From IMG/VR virus record IMGVR_UViG_3300044957_000763, positions 62,001-126,000 of that record: 64,000 bases of DNA. The stretch is one strand, 5' to 3'. A model generated the notes under the pieces. That model made no database searches, was not told the DNA's origin, and saw only the letters and a list, made by a program, of their open reading frames with translations. This document shows, in pieces, positions 26,148 to 34,700 of this stretch. Positions within the stretch are counted from its first letter, which is position 1, and each line of letters opens with the position of its first letter. The translations under genes were made by a program, and so were the position numbers.

Positions 26148-28547
26148 TCATGTTGTGCTAACGGCTATAAGTTCATCGCCTTTATCTGGTGGCACCTTGA
26201 GCAATGGCTTGATTGATTCTCGAATCTCTGAAGGATTAAGCATTACGCTCGAGCCATCTTTCGTACTACAAACAAGTGCGGTGTTGTCAGCAATAGGTAT
26301 CGCTGCAATAACTAATCCTGTTCGGTCAAACTTAACGTTGTCAATCGTGTTCTTGCCTACGGCTTGACGACCCGAATAACACCTGAATTTAGATATTGGC
26401 AATTTTTGAACGTATCCTAATGATGCAACGAACATGATGTGGCCGTTGAAATCATTGTGGACAACCACTGACTGTGCTATTTTATCGTTGGTTGCGAGCT
26501 TGATGGCCCTAACACCGTTGGAGTTTCTACCCTGAATAGGGACAGAAGACAATGGATAGCAAACACCCTTGCCCATTTCTGTAGCGACAAGCAATTCGCC
26601 ATTATCAACACAAGGATGTGCGCTGATTAACCTTGAACCATCATTAATTTTCATGATATTGATTCCGGTTCGCTTCTTTGACTCAAACTCTGTTCCTTTG
26701 ATGCGCTTGACATGACCATCTTTTGTTGTAAGCACAAACATTTTCTTGACAGCAGATTCGAGTTCATATATGCCAATAACACTTTCGTCTGGACGACAAC
26801 CAATGAGTTGAGCGATGTGGGTGCCTTTGCCCTTTCCACTGTATGGTATATCATGACCTTGTTTGCAGTAGGCTGTTCCTGTGTCGGTCACAAACACAAT
26901 AGTGTTCAGTGTATTTGTCTCTACGTATTGAGAGCCTTGGTCAAACGAACCGTTTCTGCGAACATATCCATCAAGATTGATACTTACTACGATATCTTCC
27001 CGCTTAATTAGGTCTTGTGCCGAAACAGTTTCAGCATCGTCTCCGATTTGCGTTCGGCGGTCGTCACCATACTTCTCAACAAAATCATCTAATTGCTTAA
27101 GAACAGCATCCCGCATTGCGGATTTGGAAGACAGTAGTTTCTCGAGTTTTGAGGCACGTTTTTCAGCCTGGTCTTTTTGCTCAAGTAACTGATTGACTTC
27201 GAGTTTAGTTAGCTTCTTAAGGCTAATTTCAAGCACTGCTATTGCCTGCTCGTCGGTTTTGACGTATTTACACGCAATCAACCGCTCTTTTGCATCTGTA
27301 GGTGATTCAGAATCAAGAATCAAATCAACAACCTCTCGAATCTTTGAACATATGTTCACAAGACCTTCGAGAATATGGATGCGTTTGGTGAGTTTATCGA
27401 GTTCTGCTTCACTGCGCCTCTTGAGAATAGAAACTCGGTGATTGTAATAAGACATCGCCAGGTCAATGATTGAAACATTTTCACTGGCGCGCCCATTGAC
27501 AATGGCTGTTTGATTCACTGAGAATGTGTTGCGCAAACACGTATTTCGCAGAAGTGTCCTTATTACCAATTGCTCATCTGCTGTTTTAGACAGTGTGAAC
27601 ACAATCTTGATAACTTTGGCACCGTCTTTTCGGTGACTGAGTTCTTTAAGGTCTGTGACTCCATCGAGTTTTTTGTTTTGCACTAAATCCGCAACTTGTT
27701 GTGCTAATTTATCTGGTGAAGAGCCATACGGGAGTTCGTTGACGGTGATTGTCTTGTTGCCTTTGGAATCTGCACCAGTTTCCCATATTCCATCTATCGT
27801 GATGGTTCCTCGACCAGTGTTGTAATACTGACGTGTTGAACTTTGTCCGCGAATAACGCCACCAGTTGGGAAGTCAGGGCCTGGCATAAGTTCTAATAGT
27901 CGGTCAACAGTTACATCTTTGTTTGTGACACACTCTCGAATCACCGATGCGACTTCGCGTAAATTATGTGGTGCGAAATTACACGCGATACTTACTGCAA
28001 TACCAGAACCACCGTTACACAGAAGATTAGGAAACAGTCCCGGTAGAATAACTGGTTCGAAATCAGTTTCAGTATAGTTTGGCTGAAAATCTACCGCATC
28101 TGCGCTAACATCATCTACTACAGCGATTCCATATGGACTCAAACGAGCCTCTGTGTATCGCATCGCCGCTGCATCAAGACCGTCGACAGTGCCGAAATTT
28201 CCTTGACCGTGAATTAGCGGATACCTTAAAACCCAGTCTTGCACAAGACGAGTAAGAGTGGGGTAAATGACTGACTCACCATGTGGGTGCAAGTCGCCGC
28301 TAGTTTGTCCACAGACTTTGGCGCACTTGCAGTATTTACTACCGTCATCAAGTCCAAGCCTGTACATGGAATACAACAATCGACGTTGGGCCGGCTTGAG
28401 TCCGTCTTTAGAGTTCGGGATAGCACGTTGAAGAATTGCGTGTGTTGAGTATCGGACATATGAGTTGTCCAAAACTCTTGGCAATGACTGTTCTTCAATG
28501 TCACCGAAATACTCGATATTGACTGCGTCTTTTCTTTTTCTAGCCAA
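26148..28547 (-). CDS. gyrA: Type IIA topoisomerase subunit A (GyrA/ParC family)
   Basis: DGLKPAQRR, HPHGES, AAAMRYTEARL (catalytic Tyr), GPDFPTGG, six-bladed CTD; TTG start overlapping the gyrB stop. Confidence 0.95.
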   Translation of the reverse strand: MARKRKDAVNIEYFGDIEEQSLPRVLDNSYVRYSTHAILQRAIPNSKDGLKPAQRRLLYSMYRLGLDDGSKYCKCAKVCGQTSGDLHPHGESVIYPTLTRLVQDWVLRYPLIHGQGNFGTVDGLDAAAMRYTEARLSPYGIAVVDDVSADAVDFQPNYTETDFEPVILPGLFPNLLCNGGSGIAVSIACNFAPHNLREVASVIRECVTNKDVTVDRLLELMPGPDFPTGGVIRGQSSTRQYYNTGRGTITIDGIWETGADSKGNKTITVNELPYGSSPDKLAQQVADLVQNKKLDGVTDLKELSHRKDGAKVIKIVFTLSKTADEQLVIRTLLRNTCLRNTFSVNQTAIVNGRASENVSIIDLAMSYYNHRVSILKRRSEAELDKLTKRIHILEGLVNICSKIREVVDLILDSESPTDAKERLIACKYVKTDEQAIAVLEISLKKLTKLEVNQLLEQKDQAEKRASKLEKLLSSKSAMRDAVLKQLDDFVEKYGDDRRTQIGDDAETVSAQDLIKREDIVVSINLDGYVRRNGSFDQGSQYVETNTLNTIVFVTDTGTAYCKQGHDIPYSGKGKGTHIAQLIGCRPDESVIGIYELESAVKKMFVLTTKDGHVKRIKGTEFESKKRTGINIMKINDGSRLISAHPCVDNGELLVATEMGKGVCYPLSSVPIQGRNSNGVRAIKLATNDKIAQSVVVHNDFNGHIMFVASLGYVQKLPISKFRCYSGRQAVGKNTIDNVKFDRTGLVIAAIPIADNTALVCSTKDGSSVMLNPSEIRESIKPLLKVPPDKGDELIAVSTT

Positions 28548-30462
28548 CTTCTACACCCTCACCGCTTCTCTCAAGCAAGTATTCCTTTCTGGCAGACACT
28601 GACTTACCCATGAATGTTGATAATACTCGTTCGGCGTCAGCAGCATCTGGTACGCTAATGCGAATCAGTTTTCTGGTGGCATAGTCCATTGTGGTTTCTG
28701 CCAATTCGTGTGAGTTCATTTCTCCAAGACCTTTGAACCTTGTAATTCTTGGGCTCTTAAGTTTATCTACAATCTTCCTAAGCTCGTCATCATTCCAGCA
28801 ATAGTGTTTGACACCTTTGGAGTCCTCGACTTTGTAAAGTGGTGGAACGGCCAAATACAGATGACCATATGATACCAGAGGTTTCATGTATCGGTAGAAG
28901 AAAGCCAATAAAAGTGTTTCAATATGACCACCGTCAACATCGGCGTCAGTCATAATGATAATTCGTTCATATCTTCGGTCTTCAAGTCTAAAAGCCTCTT
29001 TGCCAGGTATTTCTACTCCAGAACCAATTGCAAGTACTAAACTCTTGACTTCTTCGTTTTTTAGTATACTTGCAAGGTCGTTTTTTTCTGCGTTCATGAT
29101 TTTACCACGCAATGGCAGAATTGCTTGAGTTTGTGGGTCTCGGCCATCAATAGCTGAACCAGCGGCCGAATCACCCTCTACGACAAACAACTCACTGTTG
29201 TGCCGGCTATCAACATTGCAGTCTTTGAGTTTGCCAGGAAGTCTAGTGCTTTTTGCAAAGGCACCTTTGCGCTTGATAAGGTCGGATTCTCGCTTTGCTG
29301 CTTCGCGGGCTTTTTGTGCTAACTGTGCTCGTTCAACGATTCTCTTGAGGAACTGAGGGTCTCTTTGAAAATAATCACTAAGTTGCTCTGATACAACAGA
29401 AAGAACCGAAGACTCGGCCTCTGAAGAACCTAACCTTCCCTTTGTTTGTCCTTCAAATTGTGGTTGTCGCAATCGGACAGTAAGAACCAGTACCAATCCA
29501 TCTCTGATATCATCGCTTTGTAAGCTATCTTTAATAAGGCCGCCTTTTTTGGCCGCAGTATTAACAGCAGATGTTAGCGCACGTTTGAACCCTGAGATAT
29601 GCGTACCACCTTCTGGTGTATGAATATTGTTGGCATATGAATGCAGGCTTTCATCGTCGTCCGAACGATACTGCATGCCAAATTTTACAGTTACTGCACC
29701 ACTTTTACCTTCAATAACAAGTGGTTGCTCTGGGTAAAGTCCTGTAGAATCACCGATAAAATCTGACAACATATCAATGATTCCACCGTCTGACAGGAAC
29801 GTATATTGTTTGTCATTTGGCTCATCATTAAATGTTACTTTCAAACCTGGATTAAGGTGTGCAATTTCTCGCAGTCTTCGAACTATAATGTTTGAATCAT
29901 AGTGCTTAACCGACTTAAAAATACCTTTGTCCGGTGTGAATGTGATTTTGGTTCCAGATTTTCCTGCACTGCCAATTTTCTCAACCTTAGTCGAAGGCTT
30001 ACCTTTTGAATAAGTTTGTTTATAGCTCCCAACTGCTCCTGCTGATTTGTCGACTCGATTTACCACAACCTCGAAATATTCAGATAGTGCGTTTACACAC
30101 GACACACCAACACCGTGCAAGCCACCAGATTCCTGATATGCTTCATCGTGACCAAATTTACCACCGGCATGTAACACGGTCATAACAACTTCAAGCGTAG
30201 ACCTACCGTCAGATGGGTGATTATCTACCGGAATCCCTCGACCATCGTCTTCAATAGACACAGTGAATCCGTCTTTGAATAAAACAACGTTGATGTTCGA
30301 GCAAAACCCTTGCATTGCTTCGTCTACGGAATTGTCTAGAACCTCACCTATTAAGTGATGCATTCCTCGCTCTCCGTCATCACCAACGTACATGCCAGGT
30401 CGCAACCTAACGGCATCCATCGGTTCTAAAACCGTGATTGATTGTGTACTGTACTTGGACAT
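28540..30462 (-). CDS. gyrB: Type IIA topoisomerase subunit B (GyrB/ParE family)
   Basis: RPGMYVG, DNSVDEA, DDGRGIP, GGLHGVGVSCVNALS, EGDSAAG, PLRGKI, IMTDADVDG, RFKGLGEMN. Confidence 0.96.
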   Translation of the reverse strand: MSKYSTQSITVLEPMDAVRLRPGMYVGDDGERGMHHLIGEVLDNSVDEAMQGFCSNINVVLFKDGFTVSIEDDGRGIPVDNHPSDGRSTLEVVMTVLHAGGKFGHDEAYQESGGLHGVGVSCVNALSEYFEVVVNRVDKSAGAVGSYKQTYSKGKPSTKVEKIGSAGKSGTKITFTPDKGIFKSVKHYDSNIIVRRLREIAHLNPGLKVTFNDEPNDKQYTFLSDGGIIDMLSDFIGDSTGLYPEQPLVIEGKSGAVTVKFGMQYRSDDDESLHSYANNIHTPEGGTHISGFKRALTSAVNTAAKKGGLIKDSLQSDDIRDGLVLVLTVRLRQPQFEGQTKGRLGSSEAESSVLSVVSEQLSDYFQRDPQFLKRIVERAQLAQKAREAAKRESDLIKRKGAFAKSTRLPGKLKDCNVDSRHNSELFVVEGDSAAGSAIDGRDPQTQAILPLRGKIMNAEKNDLASILKNEEVKSLVLAIGSGVEIPGKEAFRLEDRRYERIIIMTDADVDGGHIETLLLAFFYRYMKPLVSYGHLYLAVPPLYKVEDSKGVKHYCWNDDELRKIVDKLKSPRITRFKGLGEMNSHELAETTMDYATRKLIRISVPDAADAERVLSTFMGKSVSARKEYLLERSGEGVEVG

Positions 30463-30511
30463 AGGCTGATTAACCTATTATGACACATTTGAATCGAACT
30501 AGTCAAGTGTG

Positions 30512-31165
30512 TTATCGAGTTCGAACGATTGATGAAATTATTGAATCAATTTCATCAGCAACATCATATGCGCCTGTTGAATCCGCCAACTCTGAATATC
30601 GTCGCATTAACGCAATTGTATTCGCCATTGGTGGCGGCATGCCGCCAGGAGGGGCACTAGCAGGTGCCTTGGCTTTCACTGCGCCTAGTATCAAACCAGA
30701 TAAGATTTCAGAAAGTTCATCAAGTGTTGTGATGTCTTCAATGGTTTTTCCAAAAGGAAGTCGCTTCCAGCGACTATCTTCAGTGGCATTGAATTCAGCT
30801 TCTTGCTTTTCAGGCGTAGCCTTGGTCGATTTTGATGTTCGATTTCCTGTTTTTGACTCAACATCATCGCCCATTTCGGTACCACCGTATGCTTTCCATA
30901 CTTCGAGTGCTAGTTCTTCGGCGTCTCGAGCGGCATTACCGTCTACAACTGTGCCAATGTCATAATCATACAGGATTTTTGACACAGAATCGAGCGGGCC
31001 GACCAGTTGTTGTCTGGGGGCAGATGATGGTGGTGCGCCTGGAGGGGGCGGCATACCTGGTATTCCGCCCATTGGCGGAGGAGGTGGCATACCAATTGGT
31101 GGAGGTGGTATTGCGCCGGCGGGTGGCGCTGCTGACAAGGGAGGTGTTTGTGCAAAACGCCTCAT
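30512..31165 (-). CDS. Proline-rich hypothetical protein
   Basis: N-terminal PPPP/GM repeats, GAGG SD upstream, C-terminal amphipathic helix. Confidence 0.7.
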   Translation of the reverse strand: MRRFAQTPPLSAAPPAGAIPPPPIGMPPPPPMGGIPGMPPPPGAPPSSAPRQQLVGPLDSVSKILYDYDIGTVVDGNAARDAEELALEVWKAYGGTEMGDDVESKTGNRTSKSTKATPEKQEAEFNATEDSRWKRLPFGKTIEDITTLDELSEILSGLILGAVKAKAPASAPPGGMPPPMANTIALMRRYSELADSTGAYDVADEIDSIISSIVRTR

Positions 31166-31168
31166 GTT

Positions 31169-31636
31169 TTACCTCGATTGTGAATCTGTTCGATGTCGAC
31201 CGCGACCAGGCTTAAAGAAATATCTATCTGGGTGTGCCTCTTCGCCATCAGCAAAAGTAGCAACATCGTCCATGGTGTAACCATTTGGGTCTTGGTAGTC
31301 TGAGTTTCCAAAAAACACGTCCAAGTCGTCTTCGTTAATAATGTCAAATCCTGTTTCTGGCAAATTCCTGCCGGCTGAGCGAACAATTTGTTCTGCGGTT
31401 AATCCGCGGCCGTCTATGAAATATGGTGTATCAATGTCACTCCAGTCGCGCAAGTGGCCAATAGCCTGCAGCATTGCATCCATCATCTGACTTTCAATAG
31501 CATATGTAGACGCTTGTCTTTCCATGCTGTCAAACAAAGATGAAGCATAGGCAACAATCTGCGCTTGTTCGCCCTCATCGTAATAAGGAGCAACTTCAAG
31601 CAACATTTCATGTAATTTTGCTTCTATGTTTGACAT
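31169..31636 (-). CDS. Acidic hypothetical protein
   Basis: 155 aa, AGGA SD, stop 3 nt before the next start. Confidence 0.65.
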   Translation of the reverse strand: MSNIEAKLHEMLLEVAPYYDEGEQAQIVAYASSLFDSMERQASTYAIESQMMDAMLQAIGHLRDWSDIDTPYFIDGRGLTAEQIVRSAGRNLPETGFDIINEDDLDVFFGNSDYQDPNGYTMDDVATFADGEEAHPDRYFFKPGRGRHRTDSQSR

Positions 31637-31656
31637 TTAATCTTTCCTGCAGTGAT

Positions 31657-31671
31657 TTAGAGTCACTCTAA
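31657..31671. promoter_or_regulatory. Intergenic palindrome TTAGAGT-C-ACTCTAA
   Basis: 7-bp perfect inverted repeat 20 nt upstream of the minus-strand start at 31636. Confidence 0.3.
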
Positions 31672-31731
31672 TCCATTCATTAAACATTGATTGACAACAT
31701 TCCTTTATGTAAGCGAATTATCTGTACCTTC

Positions 31732-34700
31732 TTACACTCGAAACGTTGCTTTTAATTGTAAGTTTCCAAGTTGATATGGTCCCTCTCCTGTTGGCGGTTT
31801 AACTGCGATAGCTAGTTTCTTTGACGAACCAATCAGTCTTGGGTTTACATAGGCAATTCCGAGGTCAATAGCATCATCTTGAGTTGTTGGTAGATTTGCC
31901 CAGGTATCTGGGTTTTGTAACAAAGTGCTGCCAAATGCATCAGCATATGTAGACGAAGCGTCATCTATACTCAAGCCGTCTGGATTGTTCCACTCTTCGT
32001 CTTCGAGTGTATCTGTTTTGAGTCTCCAAAGACTTGGTTCTCCTTCTGGAGAATATCGCGTGTATACTACATAATCTCCATCTGGTGTATATGTTGGTCT
32101 CGTGCACTCAGAAGTATTTTGTGTGAGTCGTGTCTCTGTGTTAGTAGCCAACTCATATGAATACAACTGATATTCACCAGTCCTATCATTCGCATAGACA
32201 ACTATCGTTCCAGTCGGGTTCAGGCATGGATACCTACAATTACCTTCAACACTAACAACCACTTCGTGACCAGTGGCATCAGGTGTCACTTTCCATATCT
32301 CATAATCACCTGCGCCTACTTTTCTTGAGTAGTACACATGCGTTCCACTTGGATTCCATACTGGTTCTATTGAATTAGATGTATTAGGGTCTGTTAAAAA
32401 CATTTTTCCTGTACCGTCATTGTCCATTATCGCCACCCCGTAATTCAAGAATGACGTGGCACCAAATGAAAACCCGTAAACAATATCAAGATAAATGATT
32501 GAATCATCATTTGTTTGATAAACAATTCTTGCATTGTTATCCACAGGTTCCCAAGATGGCTGAGAACTTTGAATTAGTAAGCCATAGTGATTTGTCAATA
32601 AACTCAGCACTGAACTGGAATTAAGTTTGTAAATATTGACTCCGCCATTGCCCTGGCTAACATACGCCAGCTCTGTTCCGTTTTTGCTCCATGATGGCTG
32701 ATATGCATTTGCGTATGAACTTTCCGCAATAGTATTGTTGTCAGCACCTGTGGCTGCTATTTTGTAAATTTCATACTGACCATCAATATTGGAATCAAAA
32801 ACGATTTTTGCATCTGATTCGCCGTAATATGCGCTGCCGCATTCACCACTGTTCCACAGCAAATATGGTGCAAAAACTGTTCCAAGAGGTGTGTTTCGTG
32901 TATATATGTTTCGATAATTGTCTTCGCCTGCTACTAAAACGATTTTATTACCGTCGCTTCTCCAATCTGCTTGATAAACATTCAAGCCATTAGCATCAAC
33001 TTTGGTCTCTGTACCACCACCGATGGGCACATAATACAATTCCCATTTACCAGAACGATTACTAGTGAACATGACCTGAGTGTTGTCTGGAGAAATAGCC
33101 GGATAATCATTGTCACCAGTGGTGGACAATTGTGTCTGATTTGTGCCATCGTCATTCATTATCCAAATTTGTGGACTGCCTGTTCTAGTACTAACAAATG
33201 CAATTTTAGTACCGTCTTGGCTCCAGGCCGGGTGATAATCTTCTCCAGTATTAGTTGTTAATCGTGTAACAGCTCCGCCTGATGTAGCGCGTTTGTAAAT
33301 GTCAAGATTAGAATTTGTTCCACGGTCACTGGCAAACACCATGTATGAACCTGCGGTGTTCATATATGGGTGTTTGTCATTGTATGAGTTCGACATTACT
33401 TGAGACTCAGTACCAGCTAAATTCACTGAGTAAATCTGATGATTACCATTTCGGTCTGAACCAAAAACAATGTCATTTGTGTTTCTGTTGTATCGAGGGT
33501 CTGTGTCCTGAGAATATGTTTCTGTAAGTTCAATCTCGTCAGTACCATCAATATTTCTCCATACAAGTATGTTGCTTGCGGTGAGTTCTTTGGTGTACAT
33601 AACCCTACCGGCTACTGGGTCTACCCTAGGCCATTTTCCTGGAAAACTAACAGCAGAAACATCTCCGGTCTCCTTTGCCTCAACTCTGTAAATCTCACCG
33701 TTGCCATTTTGAGAGATGGCTTCAAATACGATTTCCTCGTCATTTGGAGTAAAAGAGGGACTACGATTTCCAAGTGGTGTAATCGCAGTGACTACCTGCA
33801 CCATGTTGGTGCCATCTGAGTCACACATCCAAACTTCGCCAGAGCGAATAAATGTGATTTTAGTCGCATCATTAGACCACCTTGCCTGGCCGTCCTCGGC
33901 TGTTGTTGATAGACTCGTATTTCCAGTACCATCTGGATTGATAAACCCAAAACCGGCCTGAGCATTGTTTGTCAAGGTTGTGTACAGAATTTTGTCATTG
34001 GTGCCCCAGTCAGGAAAAGCTGATGATGCACGCAATAAAGTTCTATCCCATGGAACTAACGTGCTGGCTGTGTAAATCCCATACGATGAATTAAACACGT
34101 CTAAAAAGCGCGACTGAATGACTATCTCTGATGAATCGGGACTTAAAGAGGCAAATCTATCATTGTATCCGAGACTTGTAATTCTAACTGCGTCATCATG
34201 CCCTGTAATTGAATACAATCCACTAACGTAATAGTTACTATCTTGACCAGAAAAATAGGTTATATCGTCATCTACGTTGTGCCCTGCTACTGGAGATGTA
34301 AGATATGTGTTTATTGTAATATTGCCTCCAGGACCAGTACCATCTGTTACGAAAATACCACCGTTATCTCCTAGAACTTTGCGACAGTACACTACCTTAA
34401 TTCCATCAGAACACCATCGTGCACCAATTTCTTCAGTTGTTGGTTCATTATCTGTGTTTGCTGATATAAAGCGAGCCATTGACGAACCGTTGACCTTGAT
34501 AGTGTGCAATCTATGAACTCCAGGATACGCCTCGTCTGTATACAACAATTCTGGCGAAGTGCTGCGCCAACTAATGTAGCTTTTATCAGTATCAGTGTCT
34601 GTCAGTTTGGTTAGCTTTTGTGTACTAATTGTGTAAAGAAATATCTGCGGTTTAAGAGGATGGTTTCCAGTTCCTCCTGGCATAATAATCGCAATGCGTT

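Noticed and set aside
21091-30462. Bacterial chromosome interpretation (dnaK, dnaJ, gyrAB, rnhB)
   Set aside because: These genes are divergent, lack their usual operon partners (grpE, hrcA, dnaA-dnaN-recF), and are interleaved with tail-fibre and virion genes and a UvsW-like helicase.
30480-30965. 161-aa plus-strand ORF
   Set aside because: Shadow of the proline-rich minus gene, which has an SD and fits the operon.
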